A stretch of 39,017 nucleotides of DNA from a virus, in the IMG/VR virus record IMGVR_UViG_3300015242_000011, positions 1 to 39,017 of that record; one strand, written 5' to 3'. Below, piece after piece: positions 24,708 through 33,342 of the stretch; the first letter of the stretch is position 1; every line of letters begins with the position of its first letter. The position numbers were made by a program, and so were the translations under genes. The notes beneath the pieces are model-generated. The model had not been told where the DNA came from. It ran no database searches and was given only the letters and a program-made list of their open reading frames with translations.

Positions 24708-25751
24708 CTAGTCGGGCATGCTGGCGAGGATTTCCTCGCGCGTCGGTCGCTTGCCCATCGCGGGGGCGGGCGCCTTGGGATCGGCCTTGGCGGCGGGCTT
24801 GGCCGGCGCCGGCTTCGCGGCGGGGGCAGCCGGCTTGGCGACGGCCTTCGCGATCGGCGGCAGCCCACGGCGCTTGCGCTCGAGGTTCTCGCGGCGCTCG
24901 AGCTCGGCGACGACCGCTTTGGGCTCGGGCTTGGCGCTGTCGCGCTCGAGCAGCTCCATGGCGACGCGCGCGAGGTTCTCGCGGACGAACGCGCCGCTCT
25001 CGGCCCGCTCCTCGTCGGTGTCGCCGGCGGTCATCAGCGCGTGCACGGCGGTGCCCGCCGGGACGGCCTTGGCCATCGACTCGATGTACGTGGCGGCCTC
25101 GCGCGCGAGCTCGGCCTGCTGGGCCGTCTGCTTCTTCTCATCGTCGATCGCGTCGAGGCGCTTCTGGAGCGAGTCGAGGCGCTCCTGCTCCGCGCGGTCC
25201 TTGCGAGCCTGCTCGGCGCGCGCCCTCCACTTGGGGTCCTCGCCGGCCTTGTCGCTGTGGGCGAAGAGCTGTTCGGCGGCGAACGCGAAGTCGGCGTCGG
25301 TGTAGCCGAGCGCGCGCAGCAGGCGGGCCGGGTTGCGCTTGGCTTCTGCGACGGCCTCATTGTACTCGGTGAGCTTCTTGACGTGCGGTTCGAGCTGCTG
25401 GCGCGCCGCGGCGTACTTCGCCTCGAACTCGGCCTGCATGTCGATCCGCTGCTTCTCGAGCTGGTCGCGCGAGCGCTTCTCGTTGCGCTGGACGGCCTCC
25501 AGGCGCTTCGCGGTCTCCGGATCCGTCTCGTCGGCGGGCTCGGCGTCGGGCGCATCCGGCTCGGCGGCGTCACCGTCCGGCTCCTCGGCAGCAGGCGCGA
25601 CCGCCTCGGGATCGACCGGCGCGGCCGCGGCGGGCTCCGCCGGCTTGGCGGGCGCGGCCGGCGCGGTCTCGATGGCAGCGAGGATCGCGTCTCGCGTCGG
25701 GCGACCAGCGGGTGCTGCAGGAGCTGCTGGGGGCGTTGCAGGCTCGGCCAT
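24708..25751 (-). CDS. Scaffolding protein (347 aa)
   Basis: Ala/Pro/Glu/Lys-rich with a coiled-coil core. Lies immediately upstream of the capsid gene. The RPTR(D/E)xILA motif occurs at both termini. Confidence 0.6.
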   Translation of the reverse strand: MAEPATPPAAPAAPAGRPTRDAILAAIETAPAAPAKPAEPAAAAPVDPEAVAPAAEEPDGDAAEPDAPDAEPADETDPETAKRLEAVQRNEKRSRDQLEKQRIDMQAEFEAKYAAARQQLEPHVKKLTEYNEAVAEAKRNPARLLRALGYTDADFAFAAEQLFAHSDKAGEDPKWRARAEQARKDRAEQERLDSLQKRLDAIDDEKKQTAQQAELAREAATYIESMAKAVPAGTAVHALMTAGDTDEERAESGAFVRENLARVAMELLERDSAKPEPKAVVAELERRENLERKRRGLPPIAKAVAKPAAPAAKPAPAKPAAKADPKAPAPAMGKRPTREEILASMPD

Positions 25752-25787
25752 TCGACTTGAATGGTAGAGGGCGCCTCGACTGTCGCA

Positions 25788-25836
25788 CCCGGATTAATAA
25801 CCCGGATTATTAATCCGAGGTGGTTTCCCGGAAACC
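25788..25836. promoter_or_regulatory. AT-rich palindromic island between the divergent late operons
   Basis: CGGATTAATAA at 25790-25800 and its reverse complement TTATTAATCCG at 25807-25817. There is a 15-bp palindrome, CGGATTATTAATCCG, at 25803-25817, and GGTTTCC-c-GGAAACC at 25822-25836. Confidence 0.6.
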
Positions 25837-26109
25837 GTGCGCGTGTCGGCGACTAGCCTTGGTGCTGTGGTCTCTCTGGCCGAAGCGGTGGAGCTGCTGA
25901 TCAAGAACGCTGCGCAGCTGCGTGCTGCTGGAGTCGCATCCATCACCGTGGACGGATTCGCGGTCACGTTGGCGCCGTACGTCGCTCCCTCGATGCCCGA
26001 CGCCTCAGCCTCCCCGGGGTCGGCGACGCCCTCCGGCCAGAGCGACCCCCTCTACGACAGCGCAACCTTCGGTGGGGCGTCGGTCGGCTACGAGCTCGAC
26101 AAGGACTGA
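25837..26109 (+). CDS. Hypothetical protein upstream of portal (90 aa)
   Basis: GTG start, uncertain. Its stop lies 3 nt before the portal SD/ATG. No domain recognised. Confidence 0.45.
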   Translation: MRVSATSLGAVVSLAEAVELLIKNAAQLRAAGVASITVDGFAVTLAPYVAPSMPDASASPGSATPSGQSDPLYDSATFGGASVGYELDKD

Positions 26110-26112
26110 TCG

Positions 26113-27948
26113 ATGGCAAGCACACGGCCGTACGTCGACCGCGACACGAATCAGAGCTGGTGGAAGGCCGACAAGGGCGAGGCGCACGAGCGCGTGTTCG
26201 ACTATGTGCGCCAGGTCGAGCGTGCGCAGTTCGCGCTCTACGATCGGTTCAAGCGCCTCGAGTCGCTCTACGACACGAACCCGCGCACGAACTCGCTGAC
26301 CGACCCCGAGCAGATGGAGCGCGTCAATGAGAACCTCGTGGCGTCGAGCATCGACACCGTGGCCGGCAACGTCTCCACGGTCGATGTGCGAGCGCGCGTC
26401 GAGACCACGGATGCCGACTGGTCGCAGCAACGGACCGCGAAGCGCCTCGAGTGGTACTGCGATGGCCTCGCGTCGATGTTCGGTGTCGGCGAGATGTGCC
26501 GCTACGGCTTCAAGCTCGGCGGCGCGCTGAAGGGGACCGGTGCGAACTACGTCTACATCGACCAGTTCGATGAGATCCGCGCCGTCCCGGTCATGCCCGA
26601 CGACATCGTGGTCGACGAGCTCGAGAGCCACAACGGGATGCCGCGCCAGTTGCACCTCCGCCTGTTCATCGATCGCGACGACCTGAAGGCGCAGTTCCCC
26701 GGCAAGAGCCAGGAGATCGACGACGCGCAGCTCAACCCGAACGGCACGCCCTGGATGAAGTGGGCCGGCTACCGGCCGATCAAGCCGAACGAGCTCGTCG
26801 CGATCTGGTCGTGGCGGCTTCCCGTCGGCCCCAAGGGCCACAAGCGGTACGTCCCGGGGCGCGAGACGCTCACGATCGACGGCTGCGACCTGCTCGACGC
26901 CGAGTACGACGAGCCCGACTTCCCGATCGCGAAGATGGTGTGGGAGCGCTCGGCTCGCGGCTGGTTCGGCATCGGCCTCATCGAGCGCATCGCCGGGCAC
27001 CAGCGCGCCCTGAACAAGCGCAACTGGCACATCGAGCGCGTGCTCGATCGCGCCGCGCAGCCGACCACATGGGTGCAGATGGCCGACGCCAAGCTCGCGG
27101 TGCAGTCGGTCGACCGGATCGGCAACGTCGGCGTGTACAAGGCGAGCGCGCCGATCACGGTGCCCGAGCCTCAGGTCAACCCCGAGGTCTACAAGAGCAC
27201 GCAGGACATCCGCGACAACGCGCGCGAGCAGACCGGCATCTCGCGCATGGCGATGAACGCCACGAAGCCCGCTGGCGTGGACAGCGCGGTCGGCCTGCGC
27301 GAATACCGCGATCAGTCGAGCCAGCGTTTCGCGGTCCAGGCCAAGAACTTCGAACGGTTTTGGCTCGACACGATCTTGCTGCTGCTGCGGTGCTGCAAGA
27401 AGCTCGCGGCGCAGAAGAAGCCGACGCCCGTCGTTGATCGCAAGGCGCGGTTCGGGTCCAAGCGCATCAAGTGGGCTGACGTCGACCTGGGCGACCTCAA
27501 GATCCAGCTCGCCGCGGCGGGAACCATCTCCCAGACGCCCGCGGGCCGCGCCCAAGCAGTAGTCGAGTGGTCGCAAGCGGGCGTGATCAGCACCGACGAG
27601 GCGCGCCGGCTGATGGACCACCCGGATCTCGAGCGAGCGATGTCCATCTACACGGCGGCGCTCGAAGACATCGAGTTCACGATCGAGGAGATCCTCGAAG
27701 GCGAGACCCCGGTACCGGAGCCCTACCAGAATCTGAAGATGGGCGTCTGGCGGATGCAGCAGGAATACCTGATCGTGCGCGTCCTGAAGGCGCCGGAGCC
27801 GATCCTCGAGTCGCTGCGGGACTGGATCGTGATCGCCGCCGATCGCGTCGCGACCATGGCCGACCCGAACGCGGCGCCGGCGAACGAGAACGCCATGCAG
27901 CCAGCGAGCGCGGTCGCGGCGAACACGTACGCGCCGATGGCCTCCTGA
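26113..27948 (+). CDS. Portal (head-tail connector) protein (611 aa)
   Basis: AAGGA SD. Size, position next to TerL and sequence pattern are typical of podovirus connectors. Confidence 0.8.
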   Translation: MASTRPYVDRDTNQSWWKADKGEAHERVFDYVRQVERAQFALYDRFKRLESLYDTNPRTNSLTDPEQMERVNENLVASSIDTVAGNVSTVDVRARVETTDADWSQQRTAKRLEWYCDGLASMFGVGEMCRYGFKLGGALKGTGANYVYIDQFDEIRAVPVMPDDIVVDELESHNGMPRQLHLRLFIDRDDLKAQFPGKSQEIDDAQLNPNGTPWMKWAGYRPIKPNELVAIWSWRLPVGPKGHKRYVPGRETLTIDGCDLLDAEYDEPDFPIAKMVWERSARGWFGIGLIERIAGHQRALNKRNWHIERVLDRAAQPTTWVQMADAKLAVQSVDRIGNVGVYKASAPITVPEPQVNPEVYKSTQDIRDNAREQTGISRMAMNATKPAGVDSAVGLREYRDQSSQRFAVQAKNFERFWLDTILLLLRCCKKLAAQKKPTPVVDRKARFGSKRIKWADVDLGDLKIQLAAAGTISQTPAGRAQAVVEWSQAGVISTDEARRLMDHPDLERAMSIYTAALEDIEFTIEEILEGETPVPEPYQNLKMGVWRMQQEYLIVRVLKAPEPILESLRDWIVIAADRVATMADPNAAPANENAMQPASAVAANTYAPMAS

Positions 27949-27954
27949 CCGAGC

Positions 27955-29553
27955 TTGCCGACCTGGCAGGACGCGAAGTCCGAGCGCCGCTTCGCCGCGA
28001 CCGAGGGGTTCGACGCGAAATGGATCGAGGCTCGCGTTGCGAAGATCATCGAGAGCTGTCACCCGCGCCAGCGTGACTTCGTCGAGGATCAACACCGGCG
28101 CCTGACCGCGCTATGCGGCCGCCGGTCGGGCAAGACGACGGGCGTGCGGGCCCGGCTGGCCATCCGCATGCTCCGCACGCCGCGCGCGCGGTGCCTCTAC
28201 ATCGCGCTCACCCGCGAGTCTGCGAAGCTGCTCCTCTGGCACGACCTCAAGGACCTGTGCGAGCGGCTTGGGATCGCCGCGGAGTTCAATGAGACCGCGC
28301 TGCGCTGCACGTTCCTGCGGAACGGCTCGACGCTCGAGCTCGGCGGCTGCGACTCGAACGCGGAGGTCGACAAGTTCCGCGGTCGGAAGTTCCACGAGGT
28401 CGCGATCGACGAGAGCGCGTCGTTCCCCGCGAAGCGCCTCGACTTCCTCATCAACCGCGTGATCGCGCCAACGCTCGGCGACTACAAGGGCACGCTCGTC
28501 CTGGTCGGCACGCCGGGGCACATCCTGTCGGGCATCTTCTACGACGGCACCCGCCGCGGCTCGGAGGAGCACCGGCCGTACGCCGACCGGGATGCGCCCG
28601 AGTACGCCAAGTGGGGCCTGAAGTGGAGCTCGCACGCGTGGGCGCTGATCGACGGTGCGCCCTTCATCGAGGCGCTGGCGAACGCGTGGGAGGAGGCGCA
28701 GGCGAACAAGGAGGCGAACCGCTGGAGCGACGACCACCCGGTGTGGATGCGCGAGTGGCTCGGCCTTTGGGCAGCAGACTCGACCGAGAACGTCTTCAAG
28801 TATCGGCCGCATGTCGACGGCCAGCCGTGGAACCAGTGGGACCCCGAGCGCGTCGGGCCACTCAAGATCGCGAAGCTCCCCGATCGCGGCGACTGGGCGT
28901 ACGTCCTCTCGATGGACCTTGGCGCGAGCGACCTGTTCGCGCTCACCGCCTGGGCGTTCTCGCCGAGCGACCCCGACCGGTTCATCTACCAAATCTACGA
29001 GTTCGCCGACAAGGGCATGTACGCACGGCGGATCGCCGAGCTCTTGCTCGGACCCGAGCGGAGCCACGAAAAGCTCGCCGGTGTGATCGGTGCGATCGGC
29101 GAGTGGCCGCTTGGCCTGGTCGCCGACCTCGCCGGCCTGGGCGACAACCTGATCAAGGAGCTGCGCGAGGTCTACGGGATCCCGTGCGCCGGCGCCGACA
29201 AGGGGTTCAAGTACAAATTCCCTGCGATCGAACTCTGCAACGGCGACCTCGTGGACGGCCGCATCAAGATCCTGAAGGGCTCGCTCCTCGAGCGCGAGGT
29301 CATGCAGCTCCAGTGGGTCGCCGACGAATACGGTCGGTTAAGCGAGAACCGCGCGCAATCCAATCACGCGAGCGATTCGTTCATCTACGCTCGGCAGGTG
29401 ATCGCGCGACTCTTCGAGAGCGGTGCGGTTGCGGCGGCGCCGTCGCCGGAGGACCAGCATTACCGCACGCAGCACAGCGATAACGAGGCGTGGGGGAAGG
29501 GCAGCGTGTTCGGCGATCGCGGCGGGGGCTACAGGGATCCGCAGGGGCTCTAA
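27955..29553 (+). CDS. terL: Terminase large subunit (532 aa)
   Basis: Walker A CGRRSGKT and Walker B VAIDE. Nuclease-domain acidic motifs SMDLGASD and HASDSFIYA. Apparent TTG start. Confidence 0.9.
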   Translation: MPTWQDAKSERRFAATEGFDAKWIEARVAKIIESCHPRQRDFVEDQHRRLTALCGRRSGKTTGVRARLAIRMLRTPRARCLYIALTRESAKLLLWHDLKDLCERLGIAAEFNETALRCTFLRNGSTLELGGCDSNAEVDKFRGRKFHEVAIDESASFPAKRLDFLINRVIAPTLGDYKGTLVLVGTPGHILSGIFYDGTRRGSEEHRPYADRDAPEYAKWGLKWSSHAWALIDGAPFIEALANAWEEAQANKEANRWSDDHPVWMREWLGLWAADSTENVFKYRPHVDGQPWNQWDPERVGPLKIAKLPDRGDWAYVLSMDLGASDLFALTAWAFSPSDPDRFIYQIYEFADKGMYARRIAELLLGPERSHEKLAGVIGAIGEWPLGLVADLAGLGDNLIKELREVYGIPCAGADKGFKYKFPAIELCNGDLVDGRIKILKGSLLEREVMQLQWVADEYGRLSENRAQSNHASDSFIYARQVIARLFESGAVAAAPSPEDQHYRTQHSDNEAWGKGSVFGDRGGGYRDPQGL

Positions 29554-29726
29554 CGCGAGCTCGCGAGCCCGCGCCGCAGCCGGAGCGGCACCTTCTTCAT
29601 GCCGGCGCGCAGCACCCGCCGCGCGAGCTTGCTGCCGCGCACGCGCTTCATCCCAGCGGGCACCGGGTAGCTGCGGCCGATGTGCTGGAGCTCGCCGGCC
29701 GGTGGCTTGGGCGGGTCGTCGGTCAT
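29550..29726 (-). CDS. Small basic protein (58 aa)
   Basis: ATG in an ATGA overlap with the upstream stop. Its end overlaps the TerL stop by 4 nt (convergent). Confidence 0.4.
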   Translation of the reverse strand: MTDDPPKPPAGELQHIGRSYPVPAGMKRVRGSKLARRVLRAGMKKVPLRLRRGLASSR

Positions 29727-30163
29727 GCCCACGGCCGCCGCTGTGCCTCATGGCCGTAAAACGTCCGCATGCGGACGTGCGGCGCACCGTCCACCATCTC
29801 GGCTCGATACATCCCGTCATCGCAGACAACGTGAACCGGTTCGAGCAAGAACCACACGCGACCAGGGCCATGCTTCTCCGCGATGCGCGCGATGTGAGCG
29901 CGGACCGCAGGTAGAACCTCCTCGGGTGTTGCCGAGGTGAATAGCCCGGTCCTGAAGAGCTCCGACCGGTCACCGTTGGGCTCGGAGATCAGCAGACTCC
30001 GTCCGAAGAAGTCGTCTGGCATCCGAACGAGCCCATGTGCAGCGAGCGCTGCAGTTGCTTCGCGCGCGATCGCGTCTCCGCTCGGTAGCATCTCATTCGA
30101 CATGGTGGCCGGTTCACTCCCATCGAGGCCGAGCTCGCTGAACCGTTCGACAGGGCCACGCAT
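29723..30163 (-). CDS. Hypothetical protein (146 aa)
   Basis: The ATG directly follows the upstream TAG. No domain recognised. Confidence 0.6.
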   Translation of the reverse strand: MRGPVERFSELGLDGSEPATMSNEMLPSGDAIAREATAALAAHGLVRMPDDFFGRSLLISEPNGDRSELFRTGLFTSATPEEVLPAVRAHIARIAEKHGPGRVWFLLEPVHVVCDDGMYRAEMVDGAPHVRMRTFYGHEAQRRPWA

Positions 30164-30475
30164 CTACTTCGCCTCGGCCTTCAGGTAGAAGGTCTCGACG
30201 CTGGCCATCGAGATGTAGCCGACCTCGGGCGCGCGCGTCTTGAGCGCCGGGTACCACGTGACCTCGAAGGCCTGCAGCTGCGGGTACCAGAGGCACGTCC
30301 AGCGCGGCCCGCTCGTCACGTCGTCGTGACAGATCACGCGCTTCGCCGAGTCGTCGCCGGGGATGACCCGAACGTTGTTGAACACGACGAGCTGACACGG
30401 GAACACCGTGCGCTTGTCGGCCGCGATCGATGGGGGTTTCGGGTGGCTGATCTTCGCTGGTTCTGCTGCCTGCAT
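30164..30475 (-). CDS. Hypothetical protein (103 aa)
   Basis: ATG 30473-30475 with GGAGA 6 nt upstream. The track's 5' extension is a shadow. Confidence 0.55.
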   Translation of the reverse strand: MQAAEPAKISHPKPPSIAADKRTVFPCQLVVFNNVRVIPGDDSAKRVICHDDVTSGPRWTCLWYPQLQAFEVTWYPALKTRAPEVGYISMASVETFYLKAEAK

Positions 30476-30483
30476 GAGGTCTC

Positions 30484-30960
30484 CTATCGACGTCGTCCGT
30501 CGGACTTCGGAAATCTGGCCAGCATGGGTTGCCAGCGCGCGAGAGGGATCTTGTTGGCGAGCCGCACGACCACGCTCGTCTTGAACGTGTAGTCCATGGG
30601 CCGCTCGGAGTTGATGCCGGCTGCGGCGAACAAACCCCGCGCGATTCCCCAGCGCCTGAACGGCGCCTTGACGTACAGGTAGTGGACAACCGGAGGATCG
30701 GTGCCGGTGTCGAGGTCGAACGTAACGAACCCATGGAGCTGGTTCGGGTCGCCGGCGTTGCACGCGATGATCGTGCGAGACCCCGATCGGTCCATGAGAT
30801 TCTCGATCTCGCCCCACATCTTGTCGTAGAAGGTCGCCATCGCGATCATCCCGGCGGTGTGGCTCTCGCGAAACGAGTCCAACCAGGAGCTCACGACAAA
30901 AACCCGGTCCTCCTCGCGGGATTCGCGGTACGCGATCGGTGTGGACTTCGCGACCGGCAT
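30484..30960 (-). CDS. GNAT-family N-acetyltransferase (158 aa)
   Basis: Contains HYLYVKAPFRRWGIARGLF (acetyl-CoA motif A, RxxGxA). ATG in a TGATG overlap with the upstream stop. Confidence 0.65.
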   Translation of the reverse strand: MPVAKSTPIAYRESREEDRVFVVSSWLDSFRESHTAGMIAMATFYDKMWGEIENLMDRSGSRTIIACNAGDPNQLHGFVTFDLDTGTDPPVVHYLYVKAPFRRWGIARGLFAAAGINSERPMDYTFKTSVVVRLANKIPLARWQPMLARFPKSDGRRR

Positions 30961-31304
30961 CACGACGTCTGGCGCCTGACCCAGCGGCGCCGGGCGTCCT
31001 GGTTGCGCTGCTTCTCTCGCAGGTGCCACTCCGCCGGCGACATCCCATCGGCGAGGTCACGGGTGTCGAGCATCACGTGGGCCGGCGGGCGCTCGTCGCT
31101 CTTGCCCGTGTTGATCGCGGTCGCGAGCACCATGCCGACCAGCGGCGGGCTCAGGCGGTACGGCGCCGGCGCCGCGCACTCGGGGCACGGTTCGAAGTCT
31201 GCGTCGCGATCCACGACCGCCTCGAAGAACCCGCAGGACTCGCACTCGAAGTCGCGGAGGATCGGCGCGGACGCGTCGCCGCGCTGGCGGATCGTCCACG
31301 TCAC
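30960..31304 (-). CDS. FmdB-like zinc-ribbon protein (114 aa)
   Basis: Contains FECESCGFFEAVV...CPEC. GTG start. Confidence 0.55.
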   Translation of the reverse strand: MTWTIRQRGDASAPILRDFECESCGFFEAVVDRDADFEPCPECAAPAPYRLSPPLVGMVLATAINTGKSDERPPAHVMLDTRDLADGMSPAEWHLREKQRNQDARRRWVRRQTS

Positions 31305-31496
31305 TCAGGCGTCTCCCTTCATGCCGCGCGTGTCGGCCTGCCAGATCGCCTTGAGCGTCATCACCTGTCGCTCGAGTGCATCGAACTGCGGTGCCGCAAG
31401 GTCCCCGCTGGCCAGTGGCGACTGCGCTTCGACGAAGGCGACCGCGGCCTGCGCTAGGCTGAACATCACCTCCATGAACACCTTGTTGTCCGTCAC
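31305..31496 (-). CDS. Hypothetical protein (63 aa)
   Basis: GTG in a GTGA overlap with the upstream stop. Confidence 0.5.
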   Translation of the reverse strand: MTDNKVFMEVMFSLAQAAVAFVEAQSPLASGDLAAPQFDALERQVMTLKAIWQADTRGMKGDA

Positions 31497-31816
31497 CGCT
31501 CGCTCCGATCCTCATCGCCCGGGTCGTGCCCGAAGATCGCCGGCCATGGACGCTCGCGCGTCGCCGTGAATGTCGCCCGCCCCGATCTGTAGAGCGCCTT
31601 GAATATTGGGCCGAGCGTGGCGAGTGTCGCCGGCGGTTGAAGCAGGCGACGGAGCCGGGTCGCGAATTCCTTCCACCAGCGCACGCGTTTGAACGGCCGC
31701 CACCAAGGCGGCTCGGGACCGAGGTCAAAGCGGATCAACGTGACCGGATTGGCGACCATGTAGTCGGGCGTCCCCCCGAGCCTATCGATGTCGCGTGCGA
31801 TGTCGCTGATCGTCAC
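31493..31816 (-). CDS. Hypothetical Trp/Arg-rich protein (107 aa)
   Basis: GTG 31814-31816 in a GTGA overlap. The 5' extension in the track is a shadow. Confidence 0.5.
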   Translation of the reverse strand: MTISDIARDIDRLGGTPDYMVANPVTLIRFDLGPEPPWWRPFKRVRWWKEFATRLRRLLQPPATLATLGPIFKALYRSGRATFTATRERPWPAIFGHDPGDEDRSER

Positions 31817-32241
31817 AGGACGCTCCTCTGCTCGTCGTCCACGGTCCCCGCGATCTCGCGGAGGATGTGCAGGCGCTTCTCTATCGGCTGGGCGCGCAGG
31901 AAGTCCATGACGACGTCCATGCGGAGCCCGCGGCGCTCGCGCGCGGACTGCCGGTCGCGCTGGCGGACCTCCGAGAGGCACCCCTGGATGGCCTTGCCGA
32001 GGGTGGCGGCCGCCTTGGCGAGCTCGGGGTCGAAGCTGCCCCGCTCCAGGGCCTCGCGGCGGCTCGTGACCACGGCGAGCTGTAGGCGGAGCTCCTCGAC
32101 GACCCCCAGGAACAGGCTGGCGAGGGCGTCTACGGGGTTCTCGGAGCCCGTGGCGAGCGCTCGAGCGTCGTCCGCGAGGCTGGGCGGCGGCCCCAGCTCG
32201 ATGATCTTGCTCGTCTCGCGGTTCTGACGGTCAGTGGTCAT
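31813..32241 (-). CDS. Hypothetical helical protein (142 aa); weak small-terminase candidate
   Basis: ATG 32239-32241, preceded by a relatively AT-rich 32-nt spacer. Size and helical character are compatible with TerS, but no motif was recognised. Confidence 0.5.
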   Translation of the reverse strand: MTTDRQNRETSKIIELGPPPSLADDARALATGSENPVDALASLFLGVVEELRLQLAVVTSRREALERGSFDPELAKAAATLGKAIQGCLSEVRQRDRQSARERRGLRMDVVMDFLRAQPIEKRLHILREIAGTVDDEQRSVL

Positions 32242-32273
32242 CGGTACTTGGGTTTCTGGGAGAAAAACTGCGT

Positions 32274-32735
32274 CTAAAACTCGCGCTTGCCTTCGTGCAA
32301 GGGCCCGGGTGGGTCCGGACCGGGGGATCGGGGGGGTAGGGGCACGGCCGGCTCGTCGCCGCGCCTTCTCCGCCATGTCCGAAGGCGGTGGCAGTTCGCG
32401 CATACCACCTCGCACTTCTGGATCTCCTCGAGCAGCTTCTTCTTGGTGTTCCAGAGGCGCGAGACCGAGGCGACCTTCTGGTGGCCGGGAAGATGATCGA
32501 AGTCCATGCAGGCTGGATGGAAGCGACCACCACAGTCGGCGCAAGGAACGCTCTTGAGCCGGACGATCTCGACTTGGTTGCCGCGGGTGCGGAGTTTGCG
32601 CTGCGTCCGCTTCGTCGATCGGCGGCATGTTCTGCACTCGCGTGCGCCGTCAGGACGCACGTACGTGTTCTCGGGCGTCAGCTCGTGATCGCGGAGACAA
32701 TGGGTGAAGAGGATGCGCGCCATCATCGCCATCAT
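32274..32735 (-). CDS. HNH endonuclease (153 aa)
   Basis: Contains CADCGG...MDFDHLPGHQK...VVCANCHRLRT. Confidence 0.8.
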   Translation of the reverse strand: MMAMMARILFTHCLRDHELTPENTYVRPDGARECRTCRRSTKRTQRKLRTRGNQVEIVRLKSVPCADCGGRFHPACMDFDHLPGHQKVASVSRLWNTKKKLLEEIQKCEVVCANCHRLRTWRRRRGDEPAVPLPPRSPGPDPPGPLHEGKREF

Positions 32736-33085
32736 CGATCACAGATACGACAGAGCCTGCCGCCCTCAGGGGTCACCATCGCGTTGAGCTTCAGGTCGTG
32801 GCCGCTCGGGCACGTCGTCGCGCGCACGCGGTTGCCCCAGCGCCGACGATGCAGGTTGACGGTCTGCGTGACGAGCTCGAGATGCTGGACGTTGCAGCAC
32901 GCGCGACGCCTGCACCGGTGATCGAGCACCATGCCGTCGGGGACGCTATGCCCGTGCTCGCGCCACGTGATGACGTGGAGCTTCACCGGATGTCCGCCGC
33001 GGAACGTGATGCCGTAGCCGTGATCGTCGGTCCGCTTGGCGAGCCAGCAGCCGTACGTCAGGTCGATGTCGATCGCGTCGGTCAT
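32732..33085 (-). CDS. HNH endonuclease, HNH_3-like (117 aa)
   Basis: Contains HGYGITF...VLDHRCRRRACCNVQHLELVTQTVN. ATGA overlaps at both ends. Confidence 0.8.
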   Translation of the reverse strand: MTDAIDIDLTYGCWLAKRTDDHGYGITFRGGHPVKLHVITWREHGHSVPDGMVLDHRCRRRACCNVQHLELVTQTVNLHRRRWGNRVRATTCPSGHDLKLNAMVTPEGGRLCRICDR

Positions 33086-33342
33086 TCGTCGAGCAGGTTG
33101 GGCGCTTCGGTCGAGTCGTTGATCGCGGCGAAGTCGATCAAGTAGCAGGCGCCGAGCTTGAACTTCTTCAGCGCCTCCACCTTGTCGACGTGGAGCTCGA
33201 GCGTTCCGCTCGCGGTCGCCGCGTGAAACCGGAGGTCCTCGGGGATCACCGGGTCGAGCTGCGCGGAGAACCGCAGGATGCGCATCTCGGGCATCCAGGC
33301 TTGCTGGACGACTTCGCGCAGCATCATGCGGACGCGGATCAC
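33082..33342 (-). CDS. Hypothetical protein (86 aa)
   Basis: GTG 33340-33342 in a GTGA overlap. An alternative ATG lies 5 codons downstream. Confidence 0.45.
   Translation of the reverse strand: MIRVRMMLREVVQQAWMPEMRILRFSAQLDPVIPEDLRFHAATASGTLELHVDKVEALKKFKLGACYLIDFAAINDSTEAPNLLDE

Noticed and set aside
26005-28095. 696-aa minus-strand ORF covering the whole portal gene
   Set aside because: This is an antisense shadow typical of GC-rich coding DNA. Its translation is Arg/Asp/Leu/Val/Gly-rich with no motifs, whereas the plus frame gives a coherent portal with an SD and operon context.
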